Shown here: piece after piece, positions 47,631-58,151 of the stretch
Layout: every line of letters begins with the position of its first letter
Position numbering within the stretch: position 1 is the first letter of the stretch
Assembly (NCBI GenBank): GCA_963422365.1
Contig: OY729426.1
Span: forward strand, 2,176,001-2,240,000
Length of the DNA stretch: 64,000 nt
Direction: 5' to 3'
DNA from: Nitrospirales bacterium
Lineage (GTDB): Bacteria > Nitrospirota > Nitrospiria > Nitrospirales > UBA8639
The notes under the pieces: model-generated
Told to the model about the DNA's origin: nothing
What the model saw: only the letters and a program-made list of their open reading frames with translations
The model's database searches: none
Made by a program: the position numbers and the translations under genes

Positions 47631-47737
47631 CTCAGATCTAACCCTAAGAGGATCGAGAGGGAAATAACCGGATCTCCCGTTTTCAAGAAGGGGCATCAGG
47701 GATCGTCGCGTAGGACCTCAATCGGAGCAACGGCTGG

Positions 47738-48396
47738 CTATTCACTCGAGTCATGACGCATCGTTTCTGCTTCGGATGACATTGCCGAGAGGGTCGTTTC
47801 CAACTCCAACCGTATTCGTTCCATAGTCGCAGCATCGGCGTGGCGGGCAACCTGAATCGGGTTGCCCCACATAAAGATCCCGTGCGAAAACGGATACGGG
47901 ACGATAAAGCGATCCCAACTGAAAAAGACTTTTTTTTTGAACACGCAAACGTCAGAGGAATGATAGGCATGCCTGTGACTTTGGCGAGAGCAACGACACC
48001 TGATTGAACACGGTGCCTAGGCCCTTTGGGACCATCCGGCGTGATGACAAGATCAAGGCCTTGTCGTCCTGAGCGAATGAGCTGACGCAAGGCTCCTTGC
48101 CCACCCCTCGTGGTTGATCCGCGGATTGCTCCGAATCCAAATCGTTTGACGATTCGATAAATGAGTTCCCCATCTCGATGCTGACTAATCAGAATCCGAG
48201 CCTGCCGGCCACGGTAGGCTAACGGCATCATCAACTGTTGCCCGTGCCAAAATGCAATAATAATATTGCGGCCTTCCTGATAGAGACGATCGACTTGCTC
48301 GGATCCGTAAGCCGTCCATGCCATTGATTGACCGAGAAGCTGAATCGTCGCGGCGCCCCAAAATGACAAAATGTTCAATTGCAGCCGCTTCATCAT
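47738..48396 (-). CDS. DUF374 / lysophospholipid acyltransferase family protein, split by a -1 frameshift at an A9 run
   Basis: 'AFWHG', 'ISQHRDGE', 'RGSTTRGG' and 'TPDGPKGP' lie in one frame. The expected tail 'SWDRFIVPYPFS...WGNPI' is in the -1 frame after T9 at 47930-47938. Confidence 0.85.
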
Positions 48397-48418
48397 AAAA
48401 GATATTGCCCTTCCTTGA

Positions 48419-50176
48419 CTACCGCAACGTGGATGCGGCCGGAACATCATGAAATTGGGTTTGATACAGTCGCGTGTAAATCCCATCTCGACGAAGCAAT
48501 TCATGATGGATGCCGGCTTCCACAATGCGCCCTTCATCCAGAACCACGATACGATCCGCATGCTGAACCGTAGACAGGCGGTGGGCAATGACTAACGTCG
48601 TCCGATTTTTCATCAATTCTGCCAAGGCCGCCTGGACTTTTCGTTCAGACTCAGTGTCCAATGCAGAGGTGGCTTCATCCAGAATAAGCAGAGGAGGATT
48701 GCGCAACATCGCGCGTGCGATGGCTAACCGTTGACGTTGCCCTCCGGAAAGTTTGACGCCATTCTCTCCAATCAACGTATCCAACCCCTCAGGCAATTCC
48801 TCAATAAATTCCCACGCGTATCCTGCCTGTGCCGCCTGGATAATTTCTTCTTCGCACGCCTCCGTGCGTCCGTACGCAATGTTAGCCCGTATGGTTTCAT
48901 CAAACAAGACCGTCTCTTGAGAGACAATGGCAAGCTGTGCTCGCAGAGAGGTCAACGTCACGTCCCTAATCTTTCGACCATCGATTAAAATGTGGCCTTC
49001 AGATGGATCATAAAACCTCGGAACCAAACTCACTAAGGTGGATTTACCGCTCCCGCTTTTCCCTACCAACGCCACTACTTCGCCACATTCAACAGTCAGG
49101 TGAATATGTTCAATTGCCGGTTTATCACCACCTTCATAACAAAAGCTCACGTTTCGAAACTCCAGGGAACGTGAGATGTTCGGCAACTTCGCATGACCAT
49201 GATCATGAACGAACTCATGCTCCTTATCCAGCATTTCAAAGACTCGATTCGCCGCAGCAAACGCTCGTTGAATCAGCACATTGGCACCGGCAAGTTTTCT
49301 CAACGGGGCATACGCCATAAACGTCGCCGCTAAAAGGGAAAAAAATTCGCCGGGTTTCATTTGATCATCAATGACTAAAGACCCACCGTACCAAATAATA
49401 ATAGCAATTCCGCCTATCCCGATCACCTCCAACAGCGGTGAAGTCAGCGCACCGAGTTGTGCCGACTTCATAGTCGCTCGCAAATAAGACGTATTTCCCT
49501 TGGCAAAACGTTGTTGTTCAATGTGTTCTCCCCCGTATGCTTTGACAATTCGAATGCCGGCAAAGGCTTCTTTCAGCGCAGAAGCCATATCCCCCATCGA
49601 CTCTTGCCCTCTCGTGGCCAATTTGCGTAACCGCTTGCCGATTTTGACTATGGTATAGGTTGACACCGGCATCACCAAAATCAACACCATGGTCAACTTC
49701 CAATTCTGATAAAACGCCACACTACTCAACGTCAGAAAGGTAAGCCCTTGTTGAAACAAATCCTTAATTACATTGGGAATGGCATTGGCCATTTCATTGA
49801 CGTCATTCATGATTCTCGCGACCAAACGGCCGCTGGAATGCCGATGATGAAACGCCAACGAAAGCCGGAGAAACTGTCCGAACAATTGTTGCCGAATTTC
49901 TGCCACAATACGATGCCCTACGTAACTCATCAAATAGGACTGCCCATACGCGAAGGCGCCTTTTAACGTAGCCGACCCGAGAATCACGAGGGGCAAGACC
50001 ATGAGAAGCATTTGATCTTTAGCAATAAAAATTTCATCTAAAACCGGTTGAACCAGCCAAGCATACAGTCCTGACATTCCTGCCACACCCGCTGCACACA
50101 AGCAGGCCACGACCAACCGAACACGGTACGCATGAAAGTAAGACAAAATCCTAAAAAAAATGGTCATGTCTGACAT
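48419..50176 (-). CDS. msbA: Lipid A export ABC transporter
   Basis: TMD plus NBD with 'GKSGSGKST', 'LSGGQRQR' and 'LDEATSALD'; located in the lipid A operon. Confidence 0.92.
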   Translation of the reverse strand: MSDMTIFFRILSYFHAYRVRLVVACLCAAGVAGMSGLYAWLVQPVLDEIFIAKDQMLLMVLPLVILGSATLKGAFAYGQSYLMSYVGHRIVAEIRQQLFGQFLRLSLAFHHRHSSGRLVARIMNDVNEMANAIPNVIKDLFQQGLTFLTLSSVAFYQNWKLTMVLILVMPVSTYTIVKIGKRLRKLATRGQESMGDMASALKEAFAGIRIVKAYGGEHIEQQRFAKGNTSYLRATMKSAQLGALTSPLLEVIGIGGIAIIIWYGGSLVIDDQMKPGEFFSLLAATFMAYAPLRKLAGANVLIQRAFAAANRVFEMLDKEHEFVHDHGHAKLPNISRSLEFRNVSFCYEGGDKPAIEHIHLTVECGEVVALVGKSGSGKSTLVSLVPRFYDPSEGHILIDGRKIRDVTLTSLRAQLAIVSQETVLFDETIRANIAYGRTEACEEEIIQAAQAGYAWEFIEELPEGLDTLIGENGVKLSGGQRQRLAIARAMLRNPPLLILDEATSALDTESERKVQAALAELMKNRTTLVIAHRLSTVQHADRIVVLDEGRIVEAGIHHELLRRDGIYTRLYQTQFHDVPAASTLR

Positions 50177-51300
50177 TCGGCCAACACCACCTCCGCCGCT
50201 CTCAGCGAAGCCCCAGGAGTTCCAAGCCGAGCACGAATGCCATCCAAGGCTTCTCGCATTTGCTCATACTGCGTTCGATCGTTGAGAAGGCGAAGGCCCT
50301 CCTCGCTCAGCCGCTCTGCCGTCGCCTCCGATTGCAACAATTCCGGAACAATGCCACGCCCGGCCACCAGATTGACCAAACCGATCTGTTCGACGGCAAC
50401 CATCATTTTGGCAAAAAGATAGGTGAACCAAGAAACACGATACGTGAGGATCATGGGTGTACCGACCAGGGCTGCCTGCAAGGTGGCAGTCCCCGAGGCC
50501 ACCAACAGTAAATCAGCAGCCGCCATGACTTCAGTCGGCTGGTTCAGGACCACGGTCACGGGAAGCTTCTTTCGATCAATCACCTCGTTTATCCAGTCCT
50601 CGGTGACCGTGGGCGCTTGTCCAATGACACAATGGAGGTCGGGAAACGATTCTCTGATTCGTGCCACCGCCTCCATCATAGTCGGCAAAAGCGACTGAAC
50701 TTCGGACTGACGGCTCCCGGGAAAAATCCCAAGAAGTAATCCTTGAGCAGGGAGCCTCAATTCCTGTCGGAGACAAGCTGCATCATAGTGTTGTGCCATG
50801 TGATCGAGTAAAGGATGTCCCACAAAACTACAGGGCATGTCGGCGGCACGGTACATTGGTTCCTCAAATGGTAAAATCACGATCATCCGGCGTACCACGC
50901 GCTTCATCATATTGATCCGATGCCGGCCCCATGCCCAAATTTGCGGAGCAATATAATAGATCACACGGTGGCCAAGTTTAGTCGCAATCCTAGCCAATCG
51001 AAGATTCATCGACGGATTATCAACAAAGACCACGCCATCCAAGGATTCCCGTCGAAAAAAGCGTTTCAGGATCACAATGTTGGCAATGCCCTTCCAAATC
51101 GTGACGGGTCCTGGAATCCCGACGACGTCCAAACGATGTAATCCTTGCACCAGTTCTACCCCTGCGGCTCGCATGTGTTGCCCGCCTACCCCAACCAGTC
51201 TGATTTCAGGCTGGAGTTTCTTCAAGGCTTTTGCCAGATTTGCACCATGAAGATCTCCCGATGCCTCGCCAGTGACAATCATGATTGACAGACCAGCCAT
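50164..51300 (-). CDS. lpxB: Lipid-A-disaccharide synthase
   Basis: 'GEASGDLHG', 'PQIWAW', 'FVGHPL', 'PGSR' and 'SGTATL'. Confidence 0.95.
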   Translation of the reverse strand: MAGLSIMIVTGEASGDLHGANLAKALKKLQPEIRLVGVGGQHMRAAGVELVQGLHRLDVVGIPGPVTIWKGIANIVILKRFFRRESLDGVVFVDNPSMNLRLARIATKLGHRVIYYIAPQIWAWGRHRINMMKRVVRRMIVILPFEEPMYRAADMPCSFVGHPLLDHMAQHYDAACLRQELRLPAQGLLLGIFPGSRQSEVQSLLPTMMEAVARIRESFPDLHCVIGQAPTVTEDWINEVIDRKKLPVTVVLNQPTEVMAAADLLLVASGTATLQAALVGTPMILTYRVSWFTYLFAKMMVAVEQIGLVNLVAGRGIVPELLQSEATAERLSEEGLRLLNDRTQYEQMREALDGIRARLGTPGASLRAAEVVLAECQT

Positions 51301-51315
51301 ACCCCACGAACACCA

Positions 51316-52293
51316 CTAAGAAAAGGAGGCTTCACTCTCTGAAAGCCCGGTTAGAGGATAAGGAGCTCCACGGATGGAATGAATAATCCTATGGACTAAC
51401 TCTAGGGCAGCCAAGCCTTCTTCACCAGAGACACCGACCGGAGCACCCGTTTGAATGGATTGCACAAAGGCTTGCAATTCCCGTTTAAGCGGTTCTTCAT
51501 CCCCTGCCTGAATCGGTTCCTCACTCACGGATGATTCAGCAGCCGTGAGCCCAGTTTGTCGATACACAATGCCTTGGCGAGAGGAAAAATCAACGGAAAG
51601 ATACAGCTTTTCCTGTAAGAGACGCATTTTTCGCAAACGGCCGGTCGATATTCGGCTAGCCGTAAAATTGACGATACACCCTTTGGAAAATTCGACTCGA
51701 GCATGCGCAAAATCAACCTGCGAAGAAAGAACCGTGGCTCCCACGGCTTTCACTTCCTTTACTTGCCCCAACCCAAAGGACAAAATAAGGTCAACGTCAT
51801 GAATCATCAAATCCAACGCCACGTCAATGTCTGTTCCCCGTGGTTGAAAAAGGGCGAGTCGATGGCATTCGATAAACCGAGGATTCGAAAGAAGATCCTG
51901 GACCAGATCCCTGACGGGATTAAACCGTTCAACGTGCCCTACGTGCAAAATCAGATTGTTCTGCTTCGCACAGTGGACCATCTGCAGCCCTTCTTCCGGC
52001 GTGGCCGCAATGGGCTTTTCAACCAGGACGTGCACACCGGCTTCGAGGCAGTTTCGCACCACCGTTTGGTGCTGCAAAGTAGGCACGGCGACGCTCACCG
52101 CATCGACTTGTGGTAACAAGTCTTGATAATCCCCAAGATGTGCCACGCCAAAACGATTGCCTATCTCGGTCCGTCTGGTTTGATCAAGATCAGCCACGCC
52201 CACTAAATGGGTCTGAGGCAATTCAGAATAGAGACGGGCATGATGTTGCCCGAAATATCCGACCCCGATGACGCCAACTTTGCTGACTTCCAT
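51316..52293 (-). CDS. Gfo/Idh/MocA oxidoreductase (GnnA-like)
   Basis: 'GVIGVGYFGQHHAR', 'VEKPIA', 'GHVERFNP' and 'DLMIHD'; lies between lpxI and lpxB. Confidence 0.85.
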   Translation of the reverse strand: MEVSKVGVIGVGYFGQHHARLYSELPQTHLVGVADLDQTRRTEIGNRFGVAHLGDYQDLLPQVDAVSVAVPTLQHQTVVRNCLEAGVHVLVEKPIAATPEEGLQMVHCAKQNNLILHVGHVERFNPVRDLVQDLLSNPRFIECHRLALFQPRGTDIDVALDLMIHDVDLILSFGLGQVKEVKAVGATVLSSQVDFAHARVEFSKGCIVNFTASRISTGRLRKMRLLQEKLYLSVDFSSRQGIVYRQTGLTAAESSVSEEPIQAGDEEPLKRELQAFVQSIQTGAPVGVSGEEGLAALELVHRIIHSIRGAPYPLTGLSESEASFS

Positions 52294-52470
52294 ATTTCGT
52301 CTTCTTCCGATTGAATCACATGAGACGACAGAAGAAACCTGAAACCCCGGCGCAACGAGGTCTGCCAACCTGTCTAGTTAAAAAGGAAGTTGGGGAAGGG
52401 AGCCAAGGTATGGGGACCGTCAGAACACGACAAGGTGGTTGCGGAATCGTGCGAAATACCCACTCCTCAA

Positions 52471-53337
52471 TTATCCCGGGACACCAATGATTGCGATGTC
52501 GGCCTGATACGCTTTTTCCAGCATCTCTTCTCGATCAAGCATAATAGTTTTGGAGGCCTCTAGGGCTAACACCGAAGCCTTGACTTCATTCATCACGTCG
52601 ATGGTTTGGGAACCGACCGCAGGCAAATCAAAACGTAAATCTTGTTGAGGTTTGCAACACTTGACAACGACGGCCCCATTCCGAGCCAATCGGCCGGCGC
52701 GCCGGATGGTCTCATCCGTCCCTTCAACCGCTTCAACCGCGACAATCACACGATCTTTGACCACCACGCATTGGCCAATATCCATTTGGCCGACCTCTTT
52801 CGCAATACTCCATCCGTAGGACACATCCTCTTGCTCTTTCTTGGACAGCCGACGCCGAGTCAAGACCCCTTCCGGAACGACAATATTTGAAAGCCCAAAC
52901 GTGGACTCTCGAATCGTAATTCCTTCGTCTTCCAGGCCGTCGGCAATCGCCCTGAGAATATGATCATCCTTCCACGATTTCAGTTTGGTAAAGAACGCCA
53001 TGGCCCAGAAGTCCGGACGAACATCAGAAAAGAGATGCGTCTTTTTCATCCCCCCCAGCATCACGGCTTGCTGTACGCCGTCATGTTTGAGGGCTTGAAT
53101 GACTTTCCCAAATTGGCCAATGCGAACCCAATGCATCCGATCGACAACCTGCTCCAACTCGGGAGCCGTCTCACCCTGATGGGCAACGGCAGACACTCGA
53201 AACCCAAGTTTTCTGGCATTTTCAGCAAAAATGATGGGAAACCGACCGTTGCCTGCGATGAGACCCATCCATGCACCAGGGCAAGGAAGCGGGAGCATTG
53301 ATGACGACCGTTCCTGAGTCACAGCGGGTATGAACAC
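52471..53337 (-). CDS. lpxI: UDP-2,3-diacylglucosamine diphosphatase
   Basis: 'GLIAGNGRFP', 'DIGQCVVV', 'AVEAVEGTD' and 'QDLRFDLPAVG'. Confidence 0.92.
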   Translation of the reverse strand: MFIPAVTQERSSSMLPLPCPGAWMGLIAGNGRFPIIFAENARKLGFRVSAVAHQGETAPELEQVVDRMHWVRIGQFGKVIQALKHDGVQQAVMLGGMKKTHLFSDVRPDFWAMAFFTKLKSWKDDHILRAIADGLEDEGITIRESTFGLSNIVVPEGVLTRRRLSKKEQEDVSYGWSIAKEVGQMDIGQCVVVKDRVIVAVEAVEGTDETIRRAGRLARNGAVVVKCCKPQQDLRFDLPAVGSQTIDVMNEVKASVLALEASKTIMLDREEMLEKAYQADIAIIGVPG

Positions 53338-54153
53338 CTAACAGTCTTCCTGCCCGCCCTGACCTTTTCGCGCAGAGCGACACGTTCCACGAATCGAGGT
53401 TTCCAAAAATGTAAGCAGGGCTAAAACGTCCGGACTCTCTTGGAATTGATGACGCACCAGTTGAATAGAATCGGCCATGCGTTGGTTTTTTCGGAACAGC
53501 AAGCTGTAGGCCTGTTTCAACACGCGGATGCGCTCATCCGAAAACTTTTCCCGACGAAGACCAATGGCATTGACCCCATAGAGATTGGCTCGATTCCCAG
53601 ATGCACGCATAAACGGAGGCACGTCCTTTGCGACGGCAGAACACCCGCCAATCATGGCATAATCTCCGATTCGCACCCGTTGATGAACACCGACTAACCC
53701 ACCAATGACGGCAGAATTCCCAATCGAAATATGCCCGGCAAGCGTCGCGGCATTGGCTATGATCACAGAATTGCCGATATGACAATCATGCGCAATATGC
53801 ACATAGGCCATCAAAAAATTGTGCTGGCCAATCGTCGTGACACCTCCGCCCAATGCTGTCCCGCGATGAATCGTAACATACTCCCGTAAGATATTTTCAT
53901 CACCGATACTTAGACGAGTCGGTTCATCATGATATTCAAGGTGCTGGGGAGAAGCCCCTATCGAAACATACGAAAAGATTTTACACCGTTGCCCGATTTC
54001 TGTAATGCCCTCTATGCACACGTGCGAACACAGTTCAGTGCCTCGACCGATTTTCACATGCTCGCCAACCACGCAAAAGGGACCCACAATCACATCCTCA
54101 TCAAGTTCAGATTTCGGATGCACAATAGCTGTAGGATGAATAGACATGTCCAC
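53338..54153 (-). CDS. lpxA: UDP-GlcNAc(3N) acyltransferase
   Basis: Hexapeptide repeats, 'REYVTIHRGT' and 'MAYVHIAHDC'. Confidence 0.95.
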   Translation of the reverse strand: MDMSIHPTAIVHPKSELDEDVIVGPFCVVGEHVKIGRGTELCSHVCIEGITEIGQRCKIFSYVSIGASPQHLEYHDEPTRLSIGDENILREYVTIHRGTALGGGVTTIGQHNFLMAYVHIAHDCHIGNSVIIANAATLAGHISIGNSAVIGGLVGVHQRVRIGDYAMIGGCSAVAKDVPPFMRASGNRANLYGVNAIGLRREKFSDERIRVLKQAYSLLFRKNQRMADSIQLVRHQFQESPDVLALLTFLETSIRGTCRSARKGQGGQEDC

Positions 54154-54183
54154 GACTCGCCAAAATTACCCTAAATTTTTTGG

Positions 54184-54663
54184 CTAACCCATCTCGGAAT
54201 TCGGCGATGCTGCAGCCTCTGGCGTCAGCATCGCCGTCGATTCAGCCTCACAAACAAGATCCGACCCGACAAAGGCCTTCCCTCGTATCTTCCAAAACGG
54301 TGGTCGGCGTTTCATCACTTCGACTTCCAACCGTATCTGATCCCCAGGAATCACAGGTTTACGAAACTTTGCTTTGTCAATTCCGGTCAGATACACGATC
54401 GGTGCTCCGTCAACGGATGACGATCGAATGGCCAACACTCCACCTAATTGAGCAAGGGCCTCTAAAATTAAGACACCGGGAAAGATAGGCCGCCCAGGAA
54501 AATGACCTTGGAAATATGGCTCATTGATCGTGACATTTTTCAGCCCTACCGCCCGTCGATTGCATTCAAACTCCACCACACGATCCACAAGCAAAAAAGG
54601 GTAACGATGAGGAAGGATGGATTGCACTTCAATAGTATCGATGACAGTCTCTCTTCCAGCCAT
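54184..54663 (-). CDS. fabZ: 3-hydroxyacyl-ACP dehydratase
   Basis: 'LPHRYPFLLVDR' and 'FQGHFPGRPIFPGVLILEALAQ'. Confidence 0.95.
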   Translation of the reverse strand: MAGRETVIDTIEVQSILPHRYPFLLVDRVVEFECNRRAVGLKNVTINEPYFQGHFPGRPIFPGVLILEALAQLGGVLAIRSSSVDGAPIVYLTGIDKAKFRKPVIPGDQIRLEVEVMKRRPPFWKIRGKAFVGSDLVCEAESTAMLTPEAAASPNSEMG

Positions 54664-54762
54664 ATGACCGCTCCTCCATCGTGCACACTCTCAAACAAAA
54701 AAGTTCGTAACATTTCCGCGTGGCGTCAATGATGTGAGGCATAGCACGGTGACTGATCTTCC

Positions 54763-55365
54763 TCAGTCGAACATTGTCTGATCTAACACGTCCAACACAT
54801 GGGACGAAAAATCCAAACTTGGGTCATAATACCGAGTCGAAGTATTCTTCCCTTTTTCCACGACTAAAACCAACCCCCGTTGTTGAGCAATGCGTTGGAC
54901 CACTAAATCAACTTGGTCACGGAATTCGCCAAACAGCTCGGCCTGTTTCGCTTGGAACTCTCGGTTCATATCACCGACTTTTTGTTGGTAGTCTAACATA
55001 CGTCGGCGCAATTGCTCTTCCTTCTGTTGCTTGGCCGAGGGACTTAAGACACTGCCCTGGCGTAAGACTTCATTTTCCAAATTCCGCAGTTCTTGTTGTT
55101 CGAGTTCAAGAAGCGTCTGCCGATCCTTCATGAACTGATTGAGGGCATCATTGACTTGACGGCCCAGCTTCGACTCCTTCAATAACCATTGCGTGTCGAC
55201 CACCCCAACAAGGACACCGGATACAGCTTGTCCTTCTGTTCCAGACGTTTCAGAAGCCGATGTGGTGCAACCAGTCCCAACAGACAACATGAGAGACATT
55301 CCTGCCAAGAGAACACCGACATAAAGAGGTAACGACACCCCATTTGAGCGACTTATTCTCAGCAT
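54763..55365 (-). CDS. skp: OmpH/Skp periplasmic chaperone
   Basis: 'VGVVD', helical tentacle region, position after bamA. Start set at ATG 55365. Confidence 0.8.
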   Translation of the reverse strand: MLRISRSNGVSLPLYVGVLLAGMSLMLSVGTGCTTSASETSGTEGQAVSGVLVGVVDTQWLLKESKLGRQVNDALNQFMKDRQTLLELEQQELRNLENEVLRQGSVLSPSAKQQKEEQLRRRMLDYQQKVGDMNREFQAKQAELFGEFRDQVDLVVQRIAQQRGLVLVVEKGKNTSTRYYDPSLDFSSHVLDVLDQTMFD

Positions 55366-55375
55366 GACTTGATCG

Positions 55376-57772
55376 TCAAAATACGTTCCCAACGGAAAAC
55401 TCAAAGACGCTTTGCTGTTCTTGAGGCTTAGGATCCAATTTGAGACCCCACGCCGCACGTAAAGGCCCAAACGGCGAAATCCACCGCACCTCTAATCCCG
55501 TCGCAGCCCGCAACTGCAAATTCAAGTCTTCGTCTTGATGAAATCCTTTCCCATAATCAAAAAAGAGGACACCATTCAATTTCGCAGCAGGAAGTACGGG
55601 AAAAATCAACTCGGCATTAAAGATCAGTTGTTTATTCCCACCCGCCAATGTTCCAGAGGAAGTCACCGGCCCTGCCCGTCCATATTGAAACCCACGCATC
55701 GTATTAATCCCGCCAACAAAAAAGAGTTCCGTCAATGGAACGGCGTTCCCCCAATACCCTTCAGCCAAGCCAAACCGACCACGGAACGCTGTCCGGATGT
55801 CCCAAACAGGCCAAGGGATGTATTTCAACCCATCGAGACTGAACCGATAGAAATTGTTGGTCCCCCCCAACGCCTCGGTTCCAAAACCTATGCGCAGGCC
55901 CGTTCTGGATCCAGTGCGCGGATCTTGAAAAAAGTCGCGCGTATCCCGAAAAATACTCGAACGAAACCCCGTCGTGGATTGAGTGCCGAGTTGGTTCCGA
56001 ATGAAATCTGGTGCATCGCTTGCCGGGTTTTTAATGTTAATTGTCTCGCCGACCAAGGTCAAACTTCCCGAGATATATTCAGAAAAGGCTCGTCCCCATT
56101 GGATGGTTCCCCCTTTTCTTTCTTCTTCATACGTCAAAAAATTCGTTTCCGTGCTAAACCCATCGGCTTGAAAGGAAGTGGGGCCGTCAAACAGTGCCGG
56201 ATTTCTAAAAGTTAAGACCCCGATGGTTCGACGCGCACCGATTTGTCCACGAATTCGAACCATGTACCCTAAGCCAAACAAATTGCCTTCCGAGATATTG
56301 GCAATTGCCGTCAATCGATCGAGGGTGCTGAACCCACCACCAATACTGAACTGCCCTGTGGGCTTCTCTTTGACTCGTACTTCAACATCCACTTTATCTT
56401 CCTCTACCTGTTCAGGAAAAAGCTCGACCGTTTCAAAAAAATTCAAATTGTTGAGTCGCTGAAAACTTCGCTTCACGGCCACCGAATTCAGAACTTCCTG
56501 CTCATCCACTCGCAGCTCTCGGCGAATCACATTATCACGCGTCTTATCATTCCCAGTAATGTGAATCTCCCGCACGCGAATAAGCGATCCCTCTTTCATT
56601 GTAAAGGTAATCTCCGTCGTGAGCGTTTCAGGATTCGGGACTAAGCCAGGTATGACTTCGGCAAAGGAATACCCCTTTTTTCCATACAGGTCCGTAATGC
56701 GAGAAACCTCTTCTCGAACGATCGTCCGTTGAAACACATCATGAGGGTGGACAAACGAATTCCGCTCAAGTTCCTCGACTTCAAAGACGGTGTTCCCTTT
56801 ATAGCGAATCGTTTGAACCGTATAGGGCTGGCCTTCATGGATTTGAAATGTCAAGGTCACGGATTCTTTATCGTCGCTCAGTTCAAGAGTCGGCATACTG
56901 ACCTGGACATCAAGATACCCCCTATTCGAATAATATTCCTTTATCCGCTCTACATCGTTGGCGAGTTCTTCTTTGTGTAAAATGCCAGCGTCTGTCAGGA
57001 GAGAGAGGAACGACGTCCACTCTTGATTGGCCGTGACTCCTAACAAATCACTTCTACTGACGACGGTTGCACCGACGAAATGAATCGATTGAATTTTCGC
57101 TCGCGCGCCTTCTTGGATAAAAAAGGTCACACGATTGCGGCTCTCCTGTAACGCCTGAATAACAGGAATCACGTTGGCCTTATGATACCCATCCTTTTCA
57201 TATGCCGCCCGAATATTTTCCGCACTCAGTTTAATCTCTTGTTGATCAAGAAACACTTGATTCTTCAGCGTGAGCACCTCTTTCAATTTATCGTCTGATA
57301 ACGCAACGTTCCCATCAAAGACAATGTCCGTGACAAAGGGTTTTTCCTTTACCACGAAAATGACCTCCACCCCCTTTGGTCTTGTTTCGGTCTGGACTCG
57401 CACATCGTCAAAAAACCCCATGTCGTAAATCCGTTGAATGTGTTCCCGCGTGGCCTGAGTCGTAATCCGGTCTCCCGTTTTCAGAGTAATTTTTCCGAGA
57501 ATCGCTGATGCCTCAATTCGTAGATTTCCTTGAACGGTAATGCGTTCCACCACCAAATCTTGAAGTTGGCTCCAACTCGGTAACGGCACACTCATGAACA
57601 TGAGCCCATAACAAAAAATGACACCGAGCACTCTGCTGGTTCTTGATTTCTGCGGAGCCATGGGTGTGTGAACGGCGGAACGCTGCTCCTCGGCATTGAC
57701 TTTCATCATCGTCCGTTTGTGTTCAGGACAAAAACCTGCTCTCATGAGGCAGGCGGGAAAAAACAAAATCAC
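55376..57772 (-). CDS. bamA: Outer membrane protein assembly factor
   Basis: POTRA repeats, 'GNDKTRDNVIRRE', 'MRGF', 'WISPFGPL' and terminal Phe. The true start is probably a downstream Met. Confidence 0.95.
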   Translation of the reverse strand: MILFFPACLMRAGFCPEHKRTMMKVNAEEQRSAVHTPMAPQKSRTSRVLGVIFCYGLMFMSVPLPSWSQLQDLVVERITVQGNLRIEASAILGKITLKTGDRITTQATREHIQRIYDMGFFDDVRVQTETRPKGVEVIFVVKEKPFVTDIVFDGNVALSDDKLKEVLTLKNQVFLDQQEIKLSAENIRAAYEKDGYHKANVIPVIQALQESRNRVTFFIQEGARAKIQSIHFVGATVVSRSDLLGVTANQEWTSFLSLLTDAGILHKEELANDVERIKEYYSNRGYLDVQVSMPTLELSDDKESVTLTFQIHEGQPYTVQTIRYKGNTVFEVEELERNSFVHPHDVFQRTIVREEVSRITDLYGKKGYSFAEVIPGLVPNPETLTTEITFTMKEGSLIRVREIHITGNDKTRDNVIRRELRVDEQEVLNSVAVKRSFQRLNNLNFFETVELFPEQVEEDKVDVEVRVKEKPTGQFSIGGGFSTLDRLTAIANISEGNLFGLGYMVRIRGQIGARRTIGVLTFRNPALFDGPTSFQADGFSTETNFLTYEEERKGGTIQWGRAFSEYISGSLTLVGETINIKNPASDAPDFIRNQLGTQSTTGFRSSIFRDTRDFFQDPRTGSRTGLRIGFGTEALGGTNNFYRFSLDGLKYIPWPVWDIRTAFRGRFGLAEGYWGNAVPLTELFFVGGINTMRGFQYGRAGPVTSSGTLAGGNKQLIFNAELIFPVLPAAKLNGVLFFDYGKGFHQDEDLNLQLRAATGLEVRWISPFGPLRAAWGLKLDPKPQEQQSVFEFSVGNVF

Positions 57773-57936
57773 AACTCACTTCCAGCAACGAACGATGAGG
57801 GGTATACGGTCTTTGTCTGGGGGGGATGCGTCAGACAATTCAAAACTTCAACCTGAAGAAAGCTAAGACAGGCCTCTATATTATAAAGAGATGTGCACTA
57901 CTTGTAAAGTGTTGGAATTTTATGGATTTTCCTTCC

Positions 57937-57966
57937 TTGACATTCATTTTTTCGTTCACTTACTAT
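57937..57966 (+). promoter_or_regulatory. Putative sigma70 promoter upstream of lon
   Basis: TTGACA, 18 bp, TACTAT in the divergent bamA/lon intergenic region. Confidence 0.45.
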
Positions 57967-58151
57967 CAATTGCTGTAGTCGAAACAGATGCTGAGACGAA
58001 GCATCTCGTCATAACCCGCATGGGTCAAAGACGAACGATTCATCTCTTGCCCCCGGTATTGCAACCCAAAAGAAGCCTTTTCTCGCTCTAGTTTTTTTGT
58101 TACCCGCACCAATTATCTTTCAAGACTCACTAATGTTGGAACACAGAATCG

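Noticed and set aside
47683..48588. 301-aa ORF taken as the full DUF374 protein
   Set aside because: Its N-terminus overlaps msbA and its C-terminus after SKKK is out of frame relative to the family motif (SWDRF..P.PF).
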